This document shows positions 19,276-30,000 of a DNA stretch of 54,884 nt, in pieces. Position 1 is the stretch's first letter; each line of letters begins with the position of its first letter. Below the pieces are notes generated by a model, which worked only from the letters and a program-made list of their open reading frames with translations, ran no database searches and was not told where the DNA came from. Both the position numbers and the translations under genes were made by a program. The stretch comes from a virus (taxonomy: Duplodnaviria; Caudoviricetes), in IMG/VR virus record IMGVR_UViG_3300020159_001695, positions 1-54,884 of that record, one strand, 5' to 3'.

Positions 19276-19797
19276 TTAGTTTATTACATTACCCTCTTTA
19301 AGGTTTTTTATACATTTAACTAATTCTGTTTTATTACCCACTAATTGTAATTCTACTGAGTAATCTTCGTTAATTGTTTCATTCATAATATCTACACGAA
19401 AATACGAATTAATATGCTCTTTAACAAATTTTTTTGGATATTTTTTGTTAATTTTCACTTTTTTAGACATTTTTTCTTCACCAGGTTTAGACTCATACAT
19501 CGCTTTTGTTCCTGGATTTACCGCAGGTTTTGGATGTTTAGGTGTTGATGGTGTTGTCTTAGGTTTTGTTTTCGGTGGAGCAACTGCCGGTTCAGCCATA
19601 GCTTTTGGTTTTGGAGTTACCGCAGGTTTTGGATGTTTAGGTGTTGATGGATTTGGTCTTGTTCCAGGTTTAGTACCGGGTTTTGTTTTTGGTGGAGCCA
19701 CAGCTGGTTCAGCCGCAGATTCCATTTTCTTACTTAACAACATTTGTTTCTTATTTGAAACAAATTCCATCAAATCCGATTTTTTAATAATATTCAT
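19276..19797 (-). CDS. Pro/Lys-rich repeat protein
   Basis: Two copies of AEPAVAPPKTKP...PSTPKHPKPAV; the DNA repeat accgcaggttttggatgtttaggtgttgatgg occurs at about 19520 and 19619. Confidence 0.7.
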   Translation of the reverse strand: MNIIKKSDLMEFVSNKKQMLLSKKMESAAEPAVAPPKTKPGTKPGTRPNPSTPKHPKPAVTPKPKAMAEPAVAPPKTKPKTTPSTPKHPKPAVNPGTKAMYESKPGEEKMSKKVKINKKYPKKFVKEHINSYFRVDIMNETINEDYSVELQLVGNKTELVKCIKNLKEGNVIN

Positions 19798-19828
19798 ACT
19801 ACAAATATATTTTTTTTATTTTATTTAA

Positions 19829-20200
19829 TCAATTTATTTTTTCTAAATAGTAATCTTTACTATATAATTTATCTTTAACCCCCTCTAAATCATCACCAAA
19901 CTTAAATATCATTCTGTCCGTAACGTATGATTCTTCCCAACCCATAGCTATTATACCATCTTTACAATCATTATATGTGAAAAAATCATTATTTTTAGCT
20001 AATTCTAAATCTAAATTATTGGTTTTCAATAACATTACATCTGACATAAAATCAGAATGGGGAAGATCCGGATAACCACTTGCTGGTAATCTATCCCAAT
20101 CATCCCCATTTACGTTATCTATATCATTCGTAAAAATGAACTCATATATTAATTCACCCCTAAAATTAGGTCCTAACTTATTAATATAGCAAAGATACAT
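19829..20200 (-). CDS. Hypothetical protein
   Basis: 123 aa ORF within the minus-strand operon. Confidence 0.7.
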   Translation of the reverse strand: MYLCYINKLGPNFRGELIYEFIFTNDIDNVNGDDWDRLPASGYPDLPHSDFMSDVMLLKTNNLDLELAKNNDFFTYNDCKDGIIAMGWEESYVTDRMIFKFGDDLEGVKDKLYSKDYYLEKIN

Positions 20201-20208
20201 TTTTTATT

Positions 20209-21264
20209 TTAGATTAACAATTTTTTGTATTCTTTATTTTCAGTCATCAATAATGAAATACCATTAGGTTTTACAATAAATCTTTTACCTTTTACTGATT
20301 CAAAAATAATGTTATCATTTTCAATTTTATATTTCTTTAATTTAATATTTTTGTTTTCACAAAGAGATAATAAATTATTGATTGCTAATTCTTGTTCATA
20401 CGTAACAGCCAAATCAACTAAACCTTCTGTTTGAGTTCCTGCTTGTGCCGCTGCTTGATCTAAACCTGCGAATGGATCTTCACTACCTGTTGCCGGAGCT
20501 GCTGGTGCGCCTTCAGGTGCTGGAGTTTCAGTTGGAGCACCTTCAGGTGTTGCAGGTTGTTCTTCGTTACCTAATATTTTATTATTTAAAGCTTCTTTAT
20601 CTTCAGGGGTTAATTTATTTAAATCAACTGCTGATATAACTGAATTCAATACATATTTAATCATTTCGTTATTAACAACCTCTTCGTTTTGCATATTATC
20701 TCTAAGAGATTGACCTAATTTACCTGTTAAACTTTGAATTAATTTAACCGGATCGTTTTCATCAACTTCACCGTCTATTGGTGGTGGTGTTGCTGAAGCA
20801 TCTGGTGATGGTGCAGGAACTCCAACATCTGTTGTTGGTGCTGATGAAGGTGCTTCAGAAGTTGGTGCTTCAGGTTGTAACATATATTGTTTGTCAGCTT
20901 CAAATAATGATTTAGCGTTTTTAACCCCATATTTCTGATTAATATCACTAATCATTACATTTAATCTCTTAAATGCTTCTGAATAAGATTCGTGTAATTC
21001 TTTAGTTTTTCTAACTAACCCACCGATGTATTCAAATTCATTAACATCTTCAGTATGTTTATTAGAATATTTTACAAAGAAATTTTTGTTTTCTCTGAAA
21101 ATACCATACGATTTACCATCTGCTGCGTGAATAATATAATCTTCATTATTCACCGATTTTTTAGATTCATTAACGGTTTTTTTAATACCCATCAATTCAA
21201 TTAATCTATTGTGTTTTTCTTGTCCTTGTAGTAATTCACTACCTACTGCTCTGATTGAGTCCAT
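20209..21264 (-). CDS. Hypothetical protein, probably virion-associated
   Basis: 351 aa with Pro/Ala/Glu-rich linkers and VNES/LFEA sites. Confidence 0.7.
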   Translation of the reverse strand: MDSIRAVGSELLQGQEKHNRLIELMGIKKTVNESKKSVNNEDYIIHAADGKSYGIFRENKNFFVKYSNKHTEDVNEFEYIGGLVRKTKELHESYSEAFKRLNVMISDINQKYGVKNAKSLFEADKQYMLQPEAPTSEAPSSAPTTDVGVPAPSPDASATPPPIDGEVDENDPVKLIQSLTGKLGQSLRDNMQNEEVVNNEMIKYVLNSVISAVDLNKLTPEDKEALNNKILGNEEQPATPEGAPTETPAPEGAPAAPATGSEDPFAGLDQAAAQAGTQTEGLVDLAVTYEQELAINNLLSLCENKNIKLKKYKIENDNIIFESVKGKRFIVKPNGISLLMTENKEYKKLLI

Positions 21265-21283
21265 ATATTGTTTATTTTAATTT

Positions 21284-21640
21284 TTATTTATAGTATGCGT
21301 ATTGCGTATTTCCACTTTGAGCAAATACCCCACCTGCGTTTGATTGTATTATAGGCCTACCCTGATAATCGGTTGACCAACTATTTCCCAAATAAACAGG
21401 GAAATCAAATGTTATTAAATATCCTGCTAAAAATACGTTTGGATTACCAACTTCAACAGATTTAACATCCATATCGAAGTTCATTCCACTAGATAATAGC
21501 ATTGGTATGCCATTAAATGTAACAGTATAACCAGTGCTAATTCCACCTGCACCATATCCACCTACAATTATCTGTTCGTATATATAGTTGTTAAAATCGG
21601 CACTTGTCGATGGTACAACTACTCTTTGTCCTACACCCAT
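21284..21640 (-). CDS. Hypothetical protein
   Basis: 118 aa Gly/Tyr-rich ORF with TATTTATT upstream. Confidence 0.65.
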   Translation of the reverse strand: MGVGQRVVVPSTSADFNNYIYEQIIVGGYGAGGISTGYTVTFNGIPMLLSSGMNFDMDVKSVEVGNPNVFLAGYLITFDFPVYLGNSWSTDYQGRPIIQSNAGGVFAQSGNTQYAYYK

Positions 21641-21703
21641 ATGAATAAATATATAGTTTTTATTAAAAAGTTATTTTATTTACACAATAAATAGTTACAT
21701 AAT

Positions 21704-21730
21704 AAAAAAACCCACTTTTTATTGTGGGTT
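21704..21730 (-). terminator. Intrinsic terminator after the sulfotransferase gene
   Basis: aacccac/gtgggtt hairpin with a U run on the minus strand. Confidence 0.7.
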
Positions 21731-21735
21731 ATTTC

Positions 21736-22554
21736 TTAAATATATTTAAACTCATCGTAAAACCAAGAAAAGTTTTGTCTTATCCAATTGGAAGCATTTA
21801 CACCTAAAACTTCTTTATAATCATTCTTTAATGGCTCTAATTTAGGTTTTATTACATGATCTCCATATATACCATAAACAGCATCATCTTCTTGCGTTAT
21901 TTGTTGAATATTATTAAAATCGTGTTGATAATATGGAACTTCCAAATAATTATATATTCGTTTCATTTCAGCATCAGGTTGTCTGCATAAATCCTCAAAC
22001 TTAACAAACAACATTTTTTTATTTATACCTTCTTTTACAATCTGATATAATCTTTCTACTGCCAAACCTACTGGTTGTCCTTGTGTCCAAATATCAATTC
22101 TTTTTTCAGTTGTTGTTCCTTGCATTTGTGCGTGATCTACAATACCTGAATCTAAATGTTGATTTTTTCTAAAGTTTTTTTCCATTGAAGCATAAATCGA
22201 TCTTAAATCTCTTACCATACAAATAACTTTTGGTTCAGGATAAAATGAGTTTAAGAATCCATAATGAATACCCCAACCTCTAGATTTATCCATTACATAT
22301 TTTTTATCTGTAATTGCATTGAAATAACCCTCAACACCACCCTTACAAAAGGCTGTAAAACCTTCCTTCATTAAATCTGAATCTTGTGCTTTAAACTCAG
22401 GCGATGTACTAAAATTTGCTCTTGAAGCATAAACTAATTCTAATACACCTGATGTTGGTGTAACATAAAAATCGGGATTTTGTCCCATTATATTTTGTAA
22501 TAAAGTTGATCCGCTTCTGGGTAAAGAACTCTGAAAGAATATTTTTTCTACCAT
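21736..22554 (-). CDS. PAPS-dependent sulfotransferase
   Basis: 5'-PSB loop SSLPRSGSTLLQNIM, DKSRGW, 3'-PB MVRDLRSIYAS, KFEDL...P...M.RIY.YL. Confidence 0.92.
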   Translation of the reverse strand: MVEKIFFQSSLPRSGSTLLQNIMGQNPDFYVTPTSGVLELVYASRANFSTSPEFKAQDSDLMKEGFTAFCKGGVEGYFNAITDKKYVMDKSRGWGIHYGFLNSFYPEPKVICMVRDLRSIYASMEKNFRKNQHLDSGIVDHAQMQGTTTEKRIDIWTQGQPVGLAVERLYQIVKEGINKKMLFVKFEDLCRQPDAEMKRIYNYLEVPYYQHDFNNIQQITQEDDAVYGIYGDHVIKPKLEPLKNDYKEVLGVNASNWIRQNFSWFYDEFKYI

Positions 22555-23438
22555 TATTGTTGATTATTTACTGAATAAATTATTGAGTCCATATCAAAGA
22601 TATTAAAATCCATTAAAGGACATTCGTGGAATAAACCATTAAAACTAAAATCAAATAAATAACTATCAGGTAATTTAATACTTTCATCAATAGTTGCTGT
22701 GAAGTTATCGTGAGCATCATGTCCAAATAATTTTGGTGATGTTCCAATCCATAGAACGGTTGATTTTTTATTTAATGCTGCGGCTGCGTGTTGTAAGCAA
22801 CTATCAATTAAAATTCTTTTTTGGCTTACCAATAACAATGAAAATAATTCCATATTTGACATTGGTTCTGTCACGTGCTCACATCCTGGTATTTTATTAT
22901 CTTCATGCCTACATACTTGAATGATGTGATAATCTTTAGCGTAAAAATTAACCAAAGATTCTGCAACAGGATAAGGAATATCTCTTGTCCAAGAATAAGG
23001 GAAATCTTGCTGTAATGGACCTCCGTTTGTTTGTATAACCATAATAGGTCTAGGTCTTTGCCATTTTTTAAATCCGTGTTGTAATTGTCTTACATTGAAA
23101 ACTAATTCAGGTTGTTCCCCTAAATAATCTAAATTATACAACTTACACCAATTTTCAATAAGAGGTAATTTCTTACCGATATGATCTGTTGTAAAATAAG
23201 GTTCGTGTTTAAATATTAAAGTATCTTGATCTTTAATATAATCTTGATAAAAGTAAGGTGTGTTACCTAATCTAAAAACTTTACTAATAAAGTTTAGATT
23301 TAAGAATACTTCAGGGTATGCACATACAACAAGAAGTTCCCTATCGGGATGATTATTTTTTATACATTTAGCAACTGCGGTGGCGGCAACGTGCTTACCT
23401 AAACCACCTTCTATGTGAAATAAAGCGTATTTTTTCAT
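22554..23438 (-). CDS. Glycosyltransferase, GT9/heptosyltransferase-like
   Basis: GGLGKHVAATAV near the N-terminus and IDSCLQHAAAALNKKSTVLW near the C-terminus; TAATG-coupled to the sulfotransferase. Confidence 0.8.
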   Translation of the reverse strand: MKKYALFHIEGGLGKHVAATAVAKCIKNNHPDRELLVVCAYPEVFLNLNFISKVFRLGNTPYFYQDYIKDQDTLIFKHEPYFTTDHIGKKLPLIENWCKLYNLDYLGEQPELVFNVRQLQHGFKKWQRPRPIMVIQTNGGPLQQDFPYSWTRDIPYPVAESLVNFYAKDYHIIQVCRHEDNKIPGCEHVTEPMSNMELFSLLLVSQKRILIDSCLQHAAAALNKKSTVLWIGTSPKLFGHDAHDNFTATIDESIKLPDSYLFDFSFNGLFHECPLMDFNIFDMDSIIYSVNNQQ

Positions 23439-23474
23439 ACGAGAAATGTATTAAAAATACGCTTTAAGTAAATA

Positions 23475-26400
23475 TTAGAATGACATCTCAATACCTGATA
23501 TATGGGCCGTCCATTTGGTATTTATACCGAAAGATGGTTGATATGCCGTTAAATATAATTCATTAGATATAGCCGTAAATGTGAATTGTAATCCATGACC
23601 ACTATTAAAATCTTGCCAGTTAGATCCGGTAACAGAACCACCATCCATTATATAACTATTAAATATTAAAGTCCCTCCATTATTAATAATTGTAAATCTA
23701 CGTAATCCAATTTGGTATTTAGTCGATGTACTATCAATACCAATAAAATTAATCACACCTGACACCACTCTATTATTACCGGGTAGTATTGTTTTAGTCA
23801 CGTTAATAGTGTTAGTAGGGTAATCTAAATAAAAATTAGTTGTTTCATTACCTGTATTATATGATCTAGCAATCAAATCAAAATGTTTGGAATCACCAAC
23901 CGTTGAAAAAACACCTGAAGAGTGTGATCTTTCACCGTATCTACTAGCACAAGAACCATAACCTGAAGATATTGAGTAATTGCCTGACGATATATTACAT
24001 CTACCACCACCGATCATTGAATAATAACCTGATGCTGTATTACATCTACCACCACCAATAAATGAACAACCACCCGAAGTTGTATTACTTAAACCACCAC
24101 CAACAAATGAATAAACCGCCACTTCAGTTACGGTATTACAAAAACCACCACCTATAAATCCTCGATCTCCGGTTACGGTATTACAAAAACCACCACCTAT
24201 TGATGAACTATAAGCTGAAGCATTATTATTTCTACCACCACTAACCGTTGAATAATTACATAAAGCAGTATTACCATAACCCCCACTAACCGTTGAATTA
24301 GAACCACAAGCAGTGTTATTAGAACCACCTAATACAGATGAATAACAGCCATCAATTACGTTAGATGAAAATAATCTTACGGTTCCACAAGATGTTGTTC
24401 CACTATATATCGGATCATTCCAATATACCCCATCGCCATTACTTGTTAATAATTGACCACTAACACCAATAGAATTATTATTATCATATACACCACATTT
24501 TATATTTAACCTTTCAACGAATGTAGTATTTGACGTAGTTGCTGTTATATTAGAACCAATAATAAATGTATTACTGATATTTGTATAATTATTTTGTCCC
24601 CCTAAAATACCTGAACAACAACCTGATGCTGTATTACAATCACCACCACCTATAAATGAATTAGTGCCTGTGTTAGTATTATTTAAACCAGCACCCACAA
24701 AAGAATAACAACCACACGATGTATTACAATAACCAGCACCTACAAAAGAACCGGCATTACAAGATACGTTCTTAAATCCACCACCCACAAATGTTTGACC
24801 ACCTGACGCAAAATTACAACATCCACCAACTACAACCGAGTTAGATGATGATGTTGAATTACAATTACCACCACCAATAAATTGATTACATCCAGCACCG
24901 CATAACCTATTATTTTCACCACCTACAATTGATGATAGGGGTACCACAATATTATTATTACAACCACCACCTATAAATGAATTAGTACATGTGATAGTAT
25001 TATTACAACCACCTAAAATCGATGAGCAATCATTTACTACCGAATTTAATACCCCACCACCGATAACTGAACAATGTCCGCATATTAAACCACTAGCACC
25101 ACCAGCAATAACTGAACGTCTAGAGTCTCTTATTGTATTTAATATACCTCCACCAATTACGTTATATGAACAACCTGATGACATTATTGTATTACAACCC
25201 CCACCACCTATTACAGAATGAGTTGTACCTGTTATTCTATTTCTTAATCCACCGGCAATCACAGAATGTGTTGATTTAATAATATCACAACTACCCATTG
25301 TATTATTTTCACCACCACCAATTACCGCACAATCCGCACCAAATATAGTGTTTCTAAGACCACCACCAATAGTTGAAAAATATGATGTTGTTCCACTAAA
25401 TCTATATGGATTATTCCAATCTATACACTCAGACAATAATTTATTTTCACTACCACCATTAATAATAGAACCTACACCACATATTGTATTATTACAACCA
25501 CCATTAATAATATTTACACAACCATAAGTAGTATTAAAATTACCGCCAGCAATATTAGAAAAACAACCATTTAATGTATTCCCACTACCCGCAGCAATTA
25601 CACTAAACCTACCATCAATATTAGGGTTATTACCCATATTATTATTTAATCCGCCAAGGATTGATGAAAAATTACTCGACACTATATTATTACCATTAAC
25701 TCTAACCGATGAATTCACACCCAACCCACAGGTAAATATAGGTGAGGTTGATGATGTATATGTATTAAAATCAGTTATGTTTAATTTAGCGCCGATTAAA
25801 TTATTTGTATTTGACGTGTATGTATAAAAATTAGTTAAACTTAATTTACTTGTTACTGATGTGCTACCTGAAATTAAATTATCTACTGAACTCCATCTAA
25901 CACCTATCCCTGTTGATGATAAAATATTACCTGAATCACCTAACGATGAATTACTATCATATATACCATTTTTTATGTTTAAGTTTTCAACGTAAGTTGT
26001 GTCAGATGTTGATGTTGCTATGTTAGAACCTAAAATAAATGTATTACTAGCTTCTGCATTATTATTTTGACCACCTAAAATACCTGAATAATTACCTGAT
26101 GCTGTATTACGAAATCCACCACCTATAAATGAAAATCTTTCACTATTTGTATTTAAGCATCCACCACCAATAGTTGAACAATTCGCGTTAGTATCATTTG
26201 TATTACTATAACCGCCAGATATTGTTGAATAAGAACCTAAAGATGTGTTAGAACAACCACCTAATACAGATGAACCGGCATTTTGAACTTGATTACTATT
26301 ATTTATCCTTATGGTTGAACCACTACCGCCATCCTCAATAACCTTAGTTGCTAAACCAGACGTTAAAGTACCTAAACAACTATTTGTATTTGATGAGTAA

Positions 26401-27086
26401 CTACTAAAATTTGTTATATTCAGTTTAGTTCCAATTAAAGTGTTAGTATTAGAACTATATGAATTAAAATCAGTTATATTTAATTTATTATTAATAGATG
26501 GTAAATCATATGCCGATAATTTATTACCAATATATTTAGCCGCTTTAATTACAAAATTACTACTACCATCCCAATCAGAAGGGATATTTGCCGTATAAAA
26601 CTTCAATATACCTGATTCGGGATCGAATACTGAATCACCTGAACCGAATGATAAAACAGATCCACTATTATAAGTTATATAATATGAATATGGATTTCCG
26701 TATGTAAATGGGATAATATCCGTGGCACTTGGATTAACAAATGCGAATCCTTGAGAATCTGGTGTGGTTGCGTTTGAACCATTATCTTTAGTTAATGTAT
26801 ATGTTTTAACTTGAACAACCGCATTACTTTGGGTTAAACCTGTTGTTCCATCAGGATAAACATAAGAATCATTTATCAAATTTTGAACTGTTGAACCTGA
26901 TAACGTTCTAAATGTCGGTAAAAATACTGTCGGTATTTTAGACGTATCGGTCCAAATATTATTAGAAAATACTTGAAGTGGTCCGTTATACGCCTCTTCA
27001 TAGAATGCTCTATTAGTAGATGTGTCACCTTTACCTAATAGTTTCTTAAATAATCTTTGTGCTATTTCGTTTGTGCTTATTGCCAT
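23475..27086 (-). CDS. Long fibre/adhesin-like virion protein with Gly/Cys-rich repeats of about 15 aa
   Basis: Repeats like S.IGGG.CNTASG..; FNSYSSNTNTLIGTKL segments. Confidence 0.75.
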   Translation of the reverse strand: MAISTNEIAQRLFKKLLGKGDTSTNRAFYEEAYNGPLQVFSNNIWTDTSKIPTVFLPTFRTLSGSTVQNLINDSYVYPDGTTGLTQSNAVVQVKTYTLTKDNGSNATTPDSQGFAFVNPSATDIIPFTYGNPYSYYITYNSGSVLSFGSGDSVFDPESGILKFYTANIPSDWDGSSNFVIKAAKYIGNKLSAYDLPSINNKLNITDFNSYSSNTNTLIGTKLNITNFSSYSSNTNSCLGTLTSGLATKVIEDGGSGSTIRINNSNQVQNAGSSVLGGCSNTSLGSYSTISGGYSNTNDTNANCSTIGGGCLNTNSERFSFIGGGFRNTASGNYSGILGGQNNNAEASNTFILGSNIATSTSDTTYVENLNIKNGIYDSNSSLGDSGNILSSTGIGVRWSSVDNLISGSTSVTSKLSLTNFYTYTSNTNNLIGAKLNITDFNTYTSSTSPIFTCGLGVNSSVRVNGNNIVSSNFSSILGGLNNNMGNNPNIDGRFSVIAAGSGNTLNGCFSNIAGGNFNTTYGCVNIINGGCNNTICGVGSIINGGSENKLLSECIDWNNPYRFSGTTSYFSTIGGGLRNTIFGADCAVIGGGENNTMGSCDIIKSTHSVIAGGLRNRITGTTHSVIGGGGCNTIMSSGCSYNVIGGGILNTIRDSRRSVIAGGASGLICGHCSVIGGGVLNSVVNDCSSILGGCNNTITCTNSFIGGGCNNNIVVPLSSIVGGENNRLCGAGCNQFIGGGNCNSTSSSNSVVVGGCCNFASGGQTFVGGGFKNVSCNAGSFVGAGYCNTSCGCYSFVGAGLNNTNTGTNSFIGGGDCNTASGCCSGILGGQNNYTNISNTFIIGSNITATTSNTTFVERLNIKCGVYDNNNSIGVSGQLLTSNGDGVYWNDPIYSGTTSCGTVRLFSSNVIDGCYSSVLGGSNNTACGSNSTVSGGYGNTALCNYSTVSGGRNNNASAYSSSIGGGFCNTVTGDRGFIGGGFCNTVTEVAVYSFVGGGLSNTTSGGCSFIGGGRCNTASGYYSMIGGGRCNISSGNYSISSGYGSCASRYGERSHSSGVFSTVGDSKHFDLIARSYNTGNETTNFYLDYPTNTINVTKTILPGNNRVVSGVINFIGIDSTSTKYQIGLRRFTIINNGGTLIFNSYIMDGGSVTGSNWQDFNSGHGLQFTFTAISNELYLTAYQPSFGINTKWTAHISGIEMSF
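25815..26390. repeat. DNA modules shared between the two fibre genes
   Basis: About 26174-26390 matches about 30252-30468; about 25820-25931 and 25985-26051 match about 29470-29580 and 29634-29700. Confidence 0.85.
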
Positions 27087-27099
27087 TTTTTATGCTTTT

Positions 27100-30000
27100 T
27101 TATGATATTGTTATTCCTGTAAATTTTTTATCGCTTCCTGTTGGTAATCCTATTCTTACATAAATAGTTCCACTTCTTGCAGTTGAACCGAATGTTATTT
27201 GTTTTGATGTTGCTGTTGATGCAGGTGCCGCCACCATTGCCGGATCACCATTACCTGATGGACTTCCACTACCAGGGTATGCTGCATTACCATCAATCCA
27301 ACCTGTCCCACTAACTCTTACATTTAAAGTTAAACCTGAAGTTACACCGTTAGCCGCCGCACCCCAAGTCGGACTAGTTCCGTTAAATGCTATTGTTACA
27401 CTATTTACTGAACTTATTGGACTTCCTGTTAGTAAGACAAATCTTGTATCAGAACCAGGTGATGAATAATCGTAACCACCATAAGATGTGTAATTTCCCG
27501 ATGGTACTTGATAACTACCATTTAATAATTGTAATTCATAATTATAAGATGTATTACCTACATTACCTACAATTCTTTCTGATGACGTATATGGTGATGT
27601 GTAAGTAACAGGGAAAAGTGTTGGATTTTCACCATCCGCAGCATTTCTTAACCTATTTTCATTTGATACTGTATCAATTCTATAATTACTCAATGTTAAT
27701 GCACTTGACGTACCTGATGCTCCGTTCGCATTATATCCTGTGGCTGTTGTTGTTAGAGTTTCACCATACCTATTATTAGATGTGGTTATTGTTTCGTTAG
27801 TTAAACTAATTGACGCACCCGATAAAGGTGGTATTGAAAAAGTAGAACTAAGATATGGGGATACAGTACCCCAAGTACCATTTGTAACTGTGTTAGGTGT
27901 TAAAGTTGCAAATGTTCCGTTGGTGTAAAACTTACTTATTGCGTTATTAACTGTATAATTTATATTTATAACATTATTTGTTGCTAATGATGGAACTCCG
28001 GATACATATCTTGTCATTGTAAATGAACCACTTTGAACTGGTGTAGTTACAGAAGGTGTTCCTGGGTTATCAATATAGAATGATGTTGGTAAAGTTCCTG
28101 TCTCACTATGAGTAAAACTATATGTATGTGATGTAAATACATTATATGGTAATGAAGTACTTGTTCTACCTGTTGCATTTATTGCTGCCCAGAATCCAGC
28201 CTTACCTGTTTGATTTAAATAGTAATCATTATCTGTTATAGTTAATCCACCATCTGTTCCATTATTAATTGATGCTGTCGATACTGTCCCACCCAATGTT
28301 TTACTACCATCAGCCGTTCCATTTACAGAAAAACTAAGTGTTCCTGATACACCATTCCAAAAACCGGTATTAGTTCCACTTGTTGCACCTGTAACTCTAA
28401 ATAAAGGTCTAGCATTGTTAAATATAACATTACTAATTGTTTGACCTGATATACCTGTCGGCCAATCACGAGACCCTCTTACTAATGAATAACCAGGACT
28501 AATCCAAGAAGATGCATCTAATCTTGGTGGTTTAGCTGGAGCTAATAAAGCCAATATTTCATCAATCTGATCAACAGCATTATTTATTGTTGTTGCTGAA
28601 GTTAATCCCAATAAACCATCACTATAACTATTATCTGATGGCGTACCTAATATTGTATTACCACCAATACCATAAAATGTATTACCTGAAATATTACCAA
28701 CTACATTTACACTACCTGTTATTGTCCCACCTGATTTATCGAATTTGGTATTTATTAAGTCATTTGTGTTTGCTGAATACGAATAAAAATTATTAGTAAA
28801 TGTGTTAAATGTAGAGGTATCTAATTTAGTTCCAATTAAAGTATTTGTATTTGATGTATAACTATATAGATTAGTTAAGAATGAGTTAAAATCACTTACA
28901 TTTAATTTATAGTTTAAATTACCCCACTCAACACCATTAGATTTTGAAAATAATACGTCATCTACCAAACCACTACTATTAGTATAATCATATATGTTAG
29001 TAGTGTATAACTCACCTAAACGTAATTTACCATAATCTTTAAAGTTTATAACACTTGTTATAGTTAAAGCTGTTGTGGTTCCTAATTGAAACTCACCCAC
29101 ATCTTCTTTATATATAAATGCGGTACTACCTGTTGTTGCTCTGTTTATCAATAAACCAGCATTTAATGTTGGTAAAGTACTTCCTGACGCTAAAACTATT
29201 ATTGGGCTTGATACAGTAATACTTTGTTGATTTACGGTGTTAGCTGTTCCTGTAATAAATAAATCACCTTGAATAAAAACACTACCACTAATAATACCAC
29301 CAGCTTTATCATACTTAGTTCCGATTAAAGTATTTGTTGTTGAACTATATATATTAAAATCAGTTGTGTTTAGTTTAGTTCCAATTAAAGTATTTGTATT
29401 TGAACTATAAACACTAAAATCACTTATATTTAATTTAGTTCCAATTAAAGTATTAGTTCCTGATGTATATGTATAAAAATTAGTTAAACTTAATTTACTC
29501 GTTACTGATGTACTACCTGAAATTAAATTATCAGCTGAACGCCATCTAGTACCTGTCCCTGTTGATGATAAAATATTACCAGCACTACCTGAAGATGAGC
29601 CATTATCGTATAATGCCGAATTAATGTTTAAGCTTTCAACGTAAGTTGTGTCAGGTGTTGATGTTGCTATGTTAGAACCTAAAATAAATGTATTACTAGC
29701 ATCCGCTACGTTTCCACTACCACCTAATATATTTGAGTAATTACAATTGGCTTTATTATTACAACCACCAACAATTGTTGAGTATTCACCTGACGCTGTG
29801 TTATTACAACCACCACCAATTACAGTACAATTACCAAGTAAAGTATTATAAGTACCACCACCTATAAAACCTCCTTGACAAGATGCTGTATTTTGAAAAC
29901 CACCACTAACGATAGAAAAATTACCACAAACTTTATTGTATGCTCCACCACCTATTGATGTTAAACATACACCACTACCACCATCTAATATTGTATTACA

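Noticed and set aside
29315-29460. CRISPR-like periodic repeats of about 60 bp
   Set aside because: They are in-frame degenerate protein repeats inside a fibre gene, without unique spacers or cas genes.
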